A DNA stretch of 64,000 nt from Antechinus flavipes (Eukaryota): positions 554,156,001-554,220,000 of the forward strand of contig NC_067399.1 of NCBI RefSeq assembly GCF_016432865.1. The letters are read 5' to 3'. Shown here piece by piece: positions 47,436 to 59,849 of this stretch. A program made the translations under genes and the position numbers. The stretch's first letter is position 1, and each line of letters starts with the position of its first letter. The notes below the pieces were generated by a model. That model did no database searches, was not told the origin of the DNA, and worked only from the letters and a program-made list of their open reading frames with translations.

Positions 47436-50400
47436 ATTTAGTGGTTTCTCCTCACCTGGCATAACTGTAAATATAAATTTGTGGTCCTTCTTATATGGCC
47501 CAAGTTCATGGAAATTACGACATTGGCATTATCAAATATGCTAAAAATCATATGTCATCTACATTATGGGCTCTATGCTGGAAAACACTATGATTTTTAA
47601 GGCACTCATTGTCAAAACAAACAAAACAAAATGGGGGGAGATATAGTGAATTACTTTGCTAGTATAGAAATCATCAAAATATCAAAGGTGTATTACTACT
47701 ATCTTTAAAAGAAGTTCCATTTTAAATCAGCTTTTGTATTAGAGGGTAGTTATCACTTTTAAAATCCTGGAACATCTGAAAAACAAAGATACAATCATGT
47801 AGCACTCTCTTTAAAAACAAAACAAAACTAATTAGTCTTCAAAAATGGAAAATTAAATTTTTTTTCTGAAATTTTTTGAAGGAATAGTATTTGTATATAG
47901 GTTTTTGCTCTTTGCATATACTTCTACAAGTTGGCATAAAAATAAAAGACTAAATATGTATCCTGATGACAGTCACTGGTGGGGCTTTTCCACACACAAG
48001 CATCCAAAAAATATGTGTTTGAATTCTTTACTGGAAGGTGTTCATTTTTTTTTTCCAGGAAAGTATGTTTCCATTACTAAAGTATCATCAGAAGAAAGAA
48101 AACCTGAAAAGTGAATGTTTCTCATATATAATAATAAATATGACTCTTGTTGCCACTTTTAAAATGCTCATTTTACTCAAACTGCTTTACATTAGATTTG
48201 ACTCCACTTAGATGCCTAATATAAGAGAATATCTAAAATTTCTCTTTTTGTAGGATCTATGTCATCTCTTCCAAATTACTTTTAACCTCAGTCATTTCTT
48301 TCTTTCAAATGCTAATAATAATATCAATCTATTGTCATGTAATTTCAATGATATTCAGTTATTCTGAAAAATATAGGCAGAGCAGGGGGAAATGAAGTTA
48401 GTTATCAATGTGAATATCTTTTAAATAGAATTTAAAAACTTGCTTCAAAATATCCTACCATGAGTACATTCTGTATTTATTGGGAAAATATATTATTTTC
48501 CAGTTGTTTTTAGATGGTATGGATATTTTGTTCATTTTATTTTCCCTGTATGTTTCCTATATGTCAAAATTGCAGGGCAAAAAGCTCAAGAATTTGTTCA
48601 TGAGTTGCTGTTTTTATGAGTTTATTGTCCCTTTTAAAATCACTTCTGGGATATTAACACCTTTGGTTTGAACGAGGCATTTTCCCAATGACTCTATCTC
48701 TTTTTGACATTCAGACAGACTAGGATTTCAGTTGCGAGTAGTTTCAAAAGTTTTCATTTATTATTTATACATGCCCTAGGTTTATAATTTTTTTTAAAGA
48801 ATAGCACATTTAAAATTTGAAGTTCAATCCTGTTTAATTTAGGAATTTTTAGGTAACTTGCCAGACAAGCAGGATTCATTGTTCTTGCCTTATATGCAAA
48901 AATAATGTCACAGGTTTTAAAAATGTATTCTTGTTTTCTCATGGGTTCAAGGTATCTACAAAGGATGCAATCCAAATAAGATCTGCTTTATTCCATAGGA
49001 ATCTTTTTCACATTTAGCAAAAGAAGTAAATTTGGAGTAAGTTTTTCAGGGTAAGGCACTTCTTTTTGTGTCTGTTAGAAAACTCCCATGAACTATATAA
49101 TGTACTATGAATAGTATACTGTAAGAAGGGAAGGATAAGTAAACAATTGTCCTTACACCTTTTCTGATCCTAACTTTTTTAGTTCTACAATCTAGTTGCA
49201 CAATATAAAATCACATGCAATTTATTATATGATTTGAAAGGAAAGGGAAATAAATCTAATGTAGCTTATGTTTGGATAAAATTAGCTTTTGTGCTAGGAT
49301 TGAATATAAGGATAGAATAAAAAATGGCAAAGAACTTTCTTGCAATAATGATATTAATTCATGGCTGGGATAGATTATGAGATATATATATGTATGTATA
49401 TACATATATATAATCTTAATGTGTATCAAGTAACTTACAAAGCTGTGAGAACAAAATGAGACTATATACATGTGTATATACATATGTATATATATTAAAT
49501 ATGTATTTTTATATTTTACTGATTTATTTTAAAAGTTATGAAGTATTACACAAAGATAGGATGTTATCATTATCATTATTAAAAAGTAGTTTCTCTTATA
49601 ATTTTATAAATAGGGAAATTGAGACCCTCCTCCCCAAACTCCCACATTATAGAGTCTTAGATGACAGGGAAACTTTATTAATATATACTATACTAATCTA
49701 GAATCTCCAGTAATTAAAAAATGGGCAACACTGATGTTTTCTCTGATAAATGTTAAACTATTTTTCTAAGCAAATTATTTTAATGATGTAAATAAATGAG
49801 AAAGGAAATATTTACTCTATTTAAAACAACTATTTTCAACCATTGCAAGGTAAGCTTTGTAAATTAGGATAGGTCATTTAACCACTCTGGACCTCAATTT
49901 TCTCATGACTGAAATAGAGTTTAGACTAAGTTTTCTTCTAATTCCAAATGTTTATAATTGGAAATTTTAGGCGCTTTCCTTTATACACAAACAACTGATA
50001 TGGTTATTATAAATTATTAATCTAGGCATTAAAAAGTAGCACCTATATTTTACAACACTTAGTTAACCTAATTGGGGTTATTTTTATATTTAACCAACTG
50101 TTTCTTTTTTATGTAAAATGTTTTATTAAAATCTAAGCATTGAATATCAATACAATCAACCAAGTTTTTTTTTTTTTTTAGCAAATTTCTACATTTAGAT
50201 TAATTTTAATGCATACGGTATAATAACTGTTCAACTATTCTCTTTAAGTTTCATCCATATTCTTTGACTAGACATGTCTCTTCCCTTTTCCCTCCTTTCA
50301 GTTATATGGCCATAGTTACATTGTACCCCATTTTTTTAGTTCAGCTATCTTTGTATTGCATTATTTGGTAAAGAACTTTTTAGGTTCGAAAAATGTTTGA

Positions 50401-52039
50401 TATTTGTCATTCTTAATTGCATTATAATAGTTTATTAGTTCATATACCACAACGTAATCATATCTTTACTTGGGGACATTTAAATGTTTTTCTGCAATAA
50501 AATTATTTTTTAAAAAATCAATTTATACCTTAAGCTGACCTCTACTGATTAATCTGAATTTAGGAGTTTTCTTTTTAATAATTATTAAATTATCTTGATC
50601 TAGGTAGGACCAATGATAGATAAATAAAGTTTTTTTTTTTTTAATTGTCACCCAGCCCTGGAGAAATTTAAACAGTCTACCCTCAGAACTACTAAAACAA
50701 ATTAAATCCTCAACTTTATCTTACAATGGATAGATGGGTAAATGGTTACAATATATGTTCAAACACATCCTATTTTGCTGCAGACATTCTTTAATAGCGT
50801 AACAAGTATTTTTTCTAATATGTGCTGGATACAAAAAAATTTTAAAGGGGGGGTGGAGAGGGAACTTACTATGTAGCTGGGAAGACAATACATAGGTATT
50901 GGAACAATCAGATAATATCACAATACAGTATACAATTAAGTGATAAATTACATTCTAAAAATGATGCTTTATTTGAGACTTACAGCAAAAGAAGTTATTA
51001 TCGTAGCAATACAAAAGAGAAAACAAACAGTAAACTTAAAAGAAAATCCTCCTACTTAAAACTATTCTTTTAATTTTGTTCTCCTGTTTTTATTAGTCCT
51101 TTTAAATATTAGGAAAGAAATTTAGTTAAAAGTTATAATACACCTAATCTAAATGCCAACATTTTGACAGCTGGAGAAACTTTCTATCTCTATTCTTGAA
51201 GTAATACATTTTTTCCCCCTGGAATTATTTCCCATTGCAAGGATTTGCACATTCTCACCTCCCCATAGACTGGTGCTCCAATGACAAAAAAAGAATGTGT
51301 CATATTGTCATCTATTCCACATTGGCCAGGCTATACTTATTTTCTTTATTTTTCCCTTGGCTATGTCATTCCTGGAAATTTTTCTATCGAACCTCTTTTG
51401 CGTCTATACCAATAGGCATTTGGAGAAACTTATTTTCACTTGCTCTTGTGGGGGAAAATCCTGCTCCCTCTACTTTTCTATCAGAGTAAGGAGGAAAAAC
51501 TTATCTGTGGCTACAATCACTGGTAATATGGAGCATCTGGTCACTGTGCTGATCACTGATAGATTTTTATCTATCTTCCTCCCCATCCCCAAATTCTAAC
51601 CTATCTTTGCCACTAGATCAAAGAGGCAAAGGACATTTTACATGTAACAAAAGCTTCATAACTTTTCACCAATCCCTGGTGATGGCATTTCATTATTCTG
51701 CAGTAATTTTTACTTCTAAAATGAGTCATTTCTTTCCTCAGGCTACAGCTGTACTAGTTATAACAGACCCTACCTACAAGGCTATCTGTAAGCAAAATGC
51801 AGTTCTTACCTCTTCAACTTTTTCCAACTTTTCCACTGGCTCCCAGTGTACTTTCATATGTTTAATTTCCTTTATCATCCAGAAAGTGATCTAATAAACT
51901 CATTTTTACTAAAGTGTTAAGGATTTGAAGTGTTACTCCTTGACTTTAATATTTGCATTTTTAAAGTAGGACTTGTGGAGAGAAGCGGGAGGAGAGAGAG
52001 GGAAAGGGAGAGTGAGAGGGAGATATGTTTTTTAGATTG

Positions 52040-52730
52040 GGAGCTTTCCCTGAAATCACAGATTTGAGGGCTGGGACTAAAGCCTTTTTTGGATCAAGAA
52101 ACTATAGCCCTGAGGTGTTAATGGACTTGCCAAGGTCATATAGATAGAAAGTGGCAAAGTTAGTATTTGAACTTGGAACCTCTGACTTGATCCAATTCTC
52201 TTTCTGCCTCTCGACCTAACTACTTATTTCCTTCCTTTTCTATTTGTCCTGTTGATTCTGCTCACAGGCTTTTATAGAAAGACATTACTCTTCACCCACA
52301 GTTTGGTCTCTCTACTAAGGCCTATGTAAATGTGATGATTCATAGAATTCATAGAATAAGAAAGGACAAAGAAACTTAAAGTTAACATGTTATCAATTAA
52401 AACTCAATCAGAAATGAAGATCATTTTAGGACTTGTGAAATGCCTTAATTTACAGAAAAGGGAACTGAGGCAAAGAGAAATAAAAGTAATATGCTAAAGG
52501 TTACCTATCTAATCTATTGGAAGATTTGTAATTTGAACCCAGGTGTCCTATTTCCTGCCTTGGTCTACTTTTAAAGCATTTCTAAAATTATAAGGTTAGT
52601 CAAAGAGAACAGAGAATTTTGATGTAAATCAGTTGATAAACATTTATTAAACTTCTGCTATGCTCCAGGCACTGTATTAAATGTTAGGAATATAAAGAGT
52701 CAAAAGACTGTCTTTACTTTTTCAGGGCAT
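52040..52730 (-). mobile_element. Cluster of two MIRs and an L2 tail
   Basis: MIR cores ggacttgccaaggtcata...atttgaacttgg and tttacagaaaagggaactgaggc; L2 tail ataaacatttattaaacttctgctatgctccaggcactgt. Confidence 0.65.
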
Positions 52731-55700
52731 TACTATTATATATCATGATGTACCATTGAAATATATTTCAGGAGTAAAGAAAAAAAGTTTTGGTTTTTTT
52801 ATTGCTTTCAGACTGTCTGAGTAACTGGTCCGTTCTAAAATCAACTGCATTACTTCCAGAATTAAAAATACCTATTTAAAAGTTTTTTTCTTCCCAGCTC
52901 AAAATTTGTGATTTTATATAAGAATAAAGTTGTTGTGTTTTTTTTTTTTAAACGAAACAATATAATCTCTTATAATCCCCAATCTAGTTTCCCAAAACAC
53001 TCTTACTCATCAGTGGGGACATTGGTTTGTGTAAAACAAGAGAGAAAAGTCTATAGATAGGAATCTATGAATGAAAGAATATTTCCCCACCCTCTCCCAG
53101 CTCTAAAAGCAGAAAGGAATAATGCCATACTTAGGGGTGTGCCACTCCTGATATTCTCCAAGGTACTTCTGCTACCCACACCTCAGATAGGATAACTTGG
53201 AAAAGGACTCAGTCAAACACTTCACATTTTGTTTTGGTGGTAGTATTAAAAATGTCAGAGCATATGGCCAAAGATTGACTGTGATAAAAGATTTTTCTCC
53301 TGATTATGAAAACTGCCCAAGGAGAGAACATGGGGGTAGAGGAAGAAGACTCTGATACTGAGGGAAAATGAGGAGGATCTGAAGCTAAAAATGCTGTCCT
53401 CTAGTTTGAGGGATTATGTTAGGTTTGAGACCACCTTATACATTCTTCGATGTATAATTTTTAATTATATGATTTAATTATATGATTGTTTAATGATTTA
53501 ACTCCTTTAGGAAGGGATCATAGACAACCTTACCTTGTATCACTAAATTCTACTCTTTAGCAAATTATGCTATAGTTAGATTCAGGATTATTGACAATCT
53601 CATTAATAGTCTACACTGTTATAATATATTTCAATTAAAATGTGGCTATATTTCAAAATTATTTAGTTTACAGTTATACTGTAATATAAGACTTAATATA
53701 AGACTTACAGAATGGAAGATCACCTAAAGCTCCTTGATATTTTTAGTTTCATTTTTTTTTTTGTCTTAAATAGAATGTGGTATGTACACACACTGTTCCT
53801 CTGGAATGTCTATTTGGGGGATATGGTTTTAATTTCAGTTTTTGAGTATTTGGTTCTGATTAAGCATATATTGTTGTTTCAGCTCTTGAACAGTTGGTGG
53901 ATGTTTGATATATGCATAGCTAAGAGTCTGAAGGGTTGATGTTTGAAGAAGGGGAGGTTTAGTTTAAAAGAGCTTGTCTTGGTTTGAATTTTTATCCTTT
54001 GGATGAATCTTACTTCATTTTCATTCTGTATGTATTACCTAGTTGTGGTCTGGGAGATTTATTAAGCATGAAGGTAACCAGATTTATAAAAATCAAATAT
54101 GGACATACTAATTTTCCAAAATAAATTTTAGAGGCACTGGACAAAATACTAAAAATAAATAAAATGTTATATGTTACTACTTTAATTGTGAGAGAGTTAC
54201 TGCAAAGGCTGTATGAAAAACAAACCATATAGAATGATTTCTTCTGACATGAATTGCTTACCTAATTCTTACACAGTAATCTCACTTGGGTATTTCATGT
54301 GTGATCAGTAAAGAAGCTGCACTTTTTTTTGTCCATATGACCAACTTTCCATTCTAATGACAAACTTTATATTTTAAATTTCCCTTCTAAAAAATGTCAG
54401 AATTAATATATGCCCTCAATGGATAAAAAGACTTCATATCTTGCTGATTTTTTTTCATTTTAAAAGAGCCCATAAGTAATTTTAAAAACCTTTAAAATGA
54501 TAAGTTATTTATTGAAAAACTTTAATTTTTAAACACTTCTTTGGCTACCTCACACACTGCTGGTCACTAGAGATGACCACAAAAAGCTAATTTTCATGGC
54601 AAATTCTTATTCCACAGTATTAAAAGATTACATTTCCATTAGGAACTAACTTGAAAGTTCTAAACTTTAAGTTTTATTTCCTAGCTTATTCCTGAAACAA
54701 AGAAATTTTTGAAAAATATAATTATGATATAATATAATTATTCATTCATTATTCAATTTAATGAATATTTCTTAATTATATAATGTAAAATAGATTAATT
54801 AAAAATTTGTACACTTTATTTTAATTGCTTTAGTAATGGTTGATTCCTCATTTTGAAATAAATGTGAATTTTAGAAATCTCTTAAGGATTTCCAATTTCC
54901 AAGTTCCAACAATTCTTTTTTAGAAATCTAGGAATTTACAAAAACAATCATGTCTTTCAGTAAAGTTAAACAGTTCTAAACTAATACTCATTAAAGCAAA
55001 AAAAAAAAAAAACTAAAGTGGAAAAGATTTATTTCTCTTTTGTAAAATTTACTAATGAATTTAATTCATTTTTCAAGATGGAAAGAATATAGGAAATAAG
55101 CATCTAAAAAGATATAACATTTGATTTTCAAGAGTTTTTTGTTTTGCATTAGATATTACATTTTTATCACTTATAAGTAATGAGAAGCACCTCTATAATA
55201 ATGATATTTCCTGTATCTTCTAGAATGATAAAATAAACCTATAATTTCTCTTAAACAAGTCTTCTTTGGTAGACTGATCTTTTTTATCAGAGACATTACT
55301 GTTTATGAGATAAACAATTTCTTTTAAACCTACAGATACCTTTTTTTAAAAATTTGTTCAATCTACTTTTTAAAATTTATTATTGACATCAATAATTCTG
55401 TCATAAAAATCAGACATCTTCCAAAGCACAGATTCCATATTAATTAATCCATTAATTTAAAGCTCACCTTTCCTGCCTGAATTGTTACCAGTTTCAGGAT
55501 ATTTGTCATGAATTCACTCCTTTGGTGGCAGCCCTTCTGCTCTGACCAGCTTCAGTAAAATGTCTTTTGGTTATCAGGACACAAAGCTAGATGGTAGATG
55601 ACAATGGTGTGGGTTGGATTTGGTTTCTATGTCATTTAGGTGTCACGTACAAATTAGAAAATTGATTATTTGGAAGGGCATGGAAGGGCATAAGGATTAG

Positions 55701-57265
55701 TAGGTTTTGAAAATGTAGGAGATTTGCCCAAAAGGAATCAAAACAGGTGAAAATCAGTTTATATAGTGGATTCCAAACTCAGCTTCAGTGTTCCAAGAAC
55801 CAGAAGGGACACAAAGCAAAGCAACCTCTTATCAGTAGGTGCAATCAGATCAAAGAAAATTGGTCAATAAACCTCACTACTACCCCATGCTAATACCACA
55901 GATTGACATTAGTTGGTAAAAAAGCCTGATAAAAAGGTAAATCTCCCCGTAAAGAGTTACAAAATACCAAATAAATTCAAGGTAGCCTCTTTAAATATTT
56001 TCAGTGAAGATCACAAGCAATGGAAACAGTTGCATCTCCCAACTCATCCCCGCCCCCTAGCATCCCCGCGTGCTGGTCCCAGAACGCAGGAACAAAGCTG
56101 CTTAAAAAATTTACACGTCCGAGCTTTAGATTCGTTGCTTCGGATTCGGAGAGGCATTTGGGGAAGGACACGGTCAGCGGCTATTTTGAAAATCTTGCTT
56201 TCATCACTGCCACCGCGTTTCCTCTCCCTGAAGGCAATCTTATTGGGGCTGCAAACAATTTCCTGGCGCCTTCCAATGCCCTCTAGCGGCCGACGTGGAA
56301 ACGACTCCCTTGGGCGTATGTGGCTATCTCTCTCCCCTGCCTTTCTTGGCTCTCTCCACCCCCTTCTTAGTCTCTTGGGTAGGCAGCAAGGAATCAAACT
56401 CAGTTCTTCACATCCTCGGCTCCGAGCTCCCCCCTTCGGCGGCCCCCCGCCCCCGCCCTCGCCCCCGCCTCCGCCCCCCTCCGCACACTCCTCTAACATT
56501 AGGACCTGAAACTGGCTTCCTAAAACCATAACATTTCCCTCCGTCCCTTAAAAAATGTCTTAAAGGGGAGCCAGGGTAAGACTGCGGGGCTTTCCTTTTT
56601 TTTTCAAGGTGTACCCACCCCCCTCCTTTCACGTTGAGTTCTTTAAGCACGCTGCGAAAAAATGCGGCATGCATTTTTTTTTTTTTTTTTTTGCAACAGC
56701 TGCAAGAAACAATGAAGCTTTTCAAGAAACGGGGGTAAATGCGCTTTCCAGTTGCAGTTTTTTTTTTTTTAATTTTTAGAGAACCTCTCAGTTTTCCGCC
56801 CTACTTCCCCTCCCCAAGTAAAAAAAAAAGCATTTATATATTATGTATTTATGTACATTACACACATATATCTTCCATCTCTTTGAGAAATGAAGCTAGG
56901 GGCATTGTTTTTGGAAGCAAGTCGGAGGAGAGGGTGTGTGCGTGTATCTGTATTGGGGTGGGGGAAGGGGGTGGGGACGGAAGAGAAGGGGTGCGTGTGT
57001 AGTCAGCTTTTTGCAGACTACAGGCTCACGCTGCGGCTCCGTTCCGAACGTTCCCGGGAATCCCAGACTCCTGCTTTTGGAGCGCGCCTGTCTGGGCTGG
57101 GGCCCGCCGCGCGCTGCTGCTGCTAGTGTGTGTGTATGTGTGTATGTGTGTGAGTGTGTGTGCGTGCGTGCCTCCGGGAGCGCGTGCGCGAGCCCCCAGT
57201 GTGTGGCAGCAGCAGCAGCGGCAAAGCGAAGCTGAGGCTCTTGTTTACCAGTATTAACTCCGCTG

Positions 57266-57268
<3 letters not shown>

Positions 57269-57314
<46 letters not shown>
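57269..57314 (+). repeat. (A)46 homopolymer within the CpG island
   Basis: Directly visible; no SINE/LINE body or TSD adjacent. Confidence 0.9.
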
Positions 57315-57319
<5 letters not shown>

Positions 57320-58067
57320 CAGAGGAGCGCACCAGGCGAACTAGAGAGAGAGGGAGAGCAAAGCTGCAAGCGAAACTGCCCCCTTTGCAATAGCAATTTA
57401 GTAAAATCCTTGCCAGACCCTCTTATCCCGCTCGTTTCTCTACCCCCCCCCCCCCCACCTTTCTCCTTCCACACCCCTTTCCAGAGGAATTACAAACCCT
57501 TGCAACACCTCTTCGGCTTTGACCTTCAGCAAACCGGATCCCCCCACGTTCCGGAGAGAGGAAGGTGGGGGGCGGTGTGTGTGTTTGTGTGTGTGTGTGT
57601 ATGTGTGTGTGTGTGTGCGCGCAAAAAGGGAATTACAAACGTTTGCTATGGGAAAGCAGCCGCCGCGAGAGGGGATGCAACGCGGAGCCCCAGCCCCGGA
57701 GCAGCAGGAGTGCTGAACAGCTTCAGTGTTGCTGCTGGGGCTTTGTGTGTGTCCTGGATTTTTTGGAAGGCGCCTGTAGCAGCAGCAGTGAGAGAGGAGG
57801 AGGGAAAGGAGAGGAGGAGGAGGAGGGGGAAGCCTCTTCATTCATTTTTATTCCGCATTTTTACCCATTTTCAGCCTCTTCAGCAACCTGGACTTTGGGG
57901 GATATTTAAAACTGCGTCGCATCATTCCGACGTGGATACTTTGCGGCGTTTGGAAGCCTTTCCCTCTATTTTTGGTTGGGCTTGTTTTTCCTTGCAAGGA
58001 TTGATTTGGATTTTTTTCCCTTTCTTTGCAGTTTTTTCCCCTACTGCCTTTCTGTGTGTGTTTGAAA

Positions 58068-58154
58068 ATGGAGGTTGAAGATGCAGACTGCCAGCCTCAA
58101 TGTGCTTCATGTTTGCTACTTCTGTGTCCATTGTATCACTGCAGCCAGCGCTGA
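58068..58154 (+). other. Candidate upstream ORF, 28 aa (MEVEDADCQPQCASCLLLLCPLYHCSQR)
   Basis: ATG in strong context (A at -3, G at +4) inside the putative 5' UTR. An overlapping second ORF (32 aa) runs 58081-58179. Confidence 0.4.
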
Positions 58155-59318
58155 GGGGGGTTTGTTACCTTTTCTGTAGCAAACACTACAAATACCTACA
58201 TATCTAAAGCATCAAAATAGCGTTGTTTGGGGAGTGTGTGTCAGCTTCGACAGCCACAGCATCGACAACACATCGACCCACCACGAGGAAAGAAATAATT
58301 TTTTAAAAATTACAATTTTCGAAGGATCTATTTTCTCATCTGGAATATTATTTTTCTCCCTTGTTTCTGGAGGGGGTGTGGGGGCGGCAGTGTGAGTTTC
58401 GGACTCTCCCCTAACCCCCTTTTTTTTGGAGAAAGGGGAATTTCGTCCTAAATAAAAGGAATGAAGTCTGGCGCCGGAAGAGGGTCCCCGACCTCACTTT
58501 GGGGGCTTCTGTTTCTCTTTTCTACACTTTGCCTTTGGCCAACAAATGGAGAAAGTGAGTATCTCTCTCATCTATGTTTCGTCTGTGAAGTATGTCTTTT
58601 GCACTGCGGTAACTTTTAGTTTAAGGGGCCGCTGTCCTATTTTTCTGTTCAAGAATTTGCATCTTCAAGCCTATTTAGAATCTAGAGTTCAGGGCTGGTC
58701 TTTTTTTCCGCTTAATATGGTGTTGTGGGGGTGTGTGGGGTGCCTGGAGTAGGGGGGAGAAAGGAGTAAGTATGTGTGGGGGAGGCGGTGGCTCCCCCTA
58801 CCCAAGACCAAGGTTAAGCACTTTCATCCAAGTGAAATAGCTTTACTTTTTGTTTCTTTCCCCAAAACAAAACCCCAACACTCTCTCGACTCAATTTGGT
58901 AATTAACATTAGTATCAAGTTTGTCTACTTAGCTTAACTAAAAGTTCCCATTCTTGGAAGGTTCGAACTTGTACCCAGGGGATTGTAAACAACAGTCAAA
59001 GGCTACTTTTCTTTTCCAGAAGTACCTGCTCGCTGGCTAAGACTAAAGCTACATCCCCCACCCCAGTTGCCGGGGGAGGAGTGGTGGTGTTGATGGTGGT
59101 TAGGGTGGGGGAAAGACATTTGAAGCTGACTGTGAGCTTCGTGTTTTCCAAGCCATTTGATTAAAAAGCAATACCCGCTTCCCCGGAACCACACTGAAGC
59201 AGTGTGCCAGCCTGTTTGTTGTGGTTGATTACATTTCATTTGGGACCACTTAGCTAGGGGCCAGTTTCCTTTCTTAGGGGAGCTTTATGCTCTGACAGTA
59301 CCCCGGAACCGAAGATGG

Positions 59319-59320
<2 letters not shown>

Positions 59321-59348
<28 letters not shown>
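59321..59348. repeat. (AC)14 microsatellite
   Basis: Directly visible. Confidence 0.95.
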
Positions 59349-59350
<2 letters not shown>

Positions 59351-59849
59351 CCCTATCTCTCCCCACTTTATTAAGATAAACCCCCTTGCTTGTTTGGCCA
59401 GTGCTAGGGGGAATGGGCCACAATCTTCCACTGTGTATATTAAGTGGCGGCAGGCGGGATGCCTGGAGGCGGGGGGTGGGGAGAATGAAGGGGAGGGGGG
59501 TGGGTGGCCTGGATGGTATCGGAGGTGGTGGAGGAGTGGGGGGTAGTTGGTGAAGTGTCCTTAAAATGTAACCAAATCTTTAGAACAGTATTAGAAACGA
59601 TAAGTTAGAACACTTGGACTGTCTGCCCTAGAAATGCGGTGCTGCAGCTCCAGGACACGTTTCAAAACATCCTTTTTTTTTCCCTTCAAGGGGGAAGGGA
59701 GGAGGAGGGAGTTTGGGAGATGGGTGGGTTTTCTCCGGATGCTTTGTGAAAACGTGGTCTCCTCTTGTTTAATCCTACTTATTAATTGCCCCCCTTTCCC
59801 AGATAATATTTAGATTCCTTTTATTAAAAATATTATATAATCCTCTTCT

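Larger units (their letters stand above)
56040..58490 (+). promoter_or_regulatory. CpG island: promoter and probable first exon(s) of an unidentified large gene
   Basis: Abrupt rise in GC and CpG against an AT-rich, CpG-depleted background; GC-box cluster at 56443-56479; + strand donor-like sites at 56576 (AGG|GTAAGA), 58392 (AGT|GTGAGT) and 58555 (AAA|GTGAGT). Orientation is inferred only from the donors. Confidence 0.8.

Noticed and set aside
55913-56509. 198-aa ORF and the nested 88-aa ORF (56020-56286) at the island edge
   Set aside because: Stop codons are scarce in GC-rich DNA, the poly-Pro end comes from the GC boxes, and I recognise no homologue.
56657-56692. 9-bp hairpin followed by T19, resembling a rho-independent terminator
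   Set aside because: This is mammalian DNA, and the stem is mostly A:T pairing created by the homopolymers.
56896-58078. 192-aa (-) and 222-aa (+) ORFs in the CpG island
   Set aside because: They translate homopolymers and (GT)n repeats (poly-F, poly-K, VCVC, THTH) and are low-complexity artefacts.
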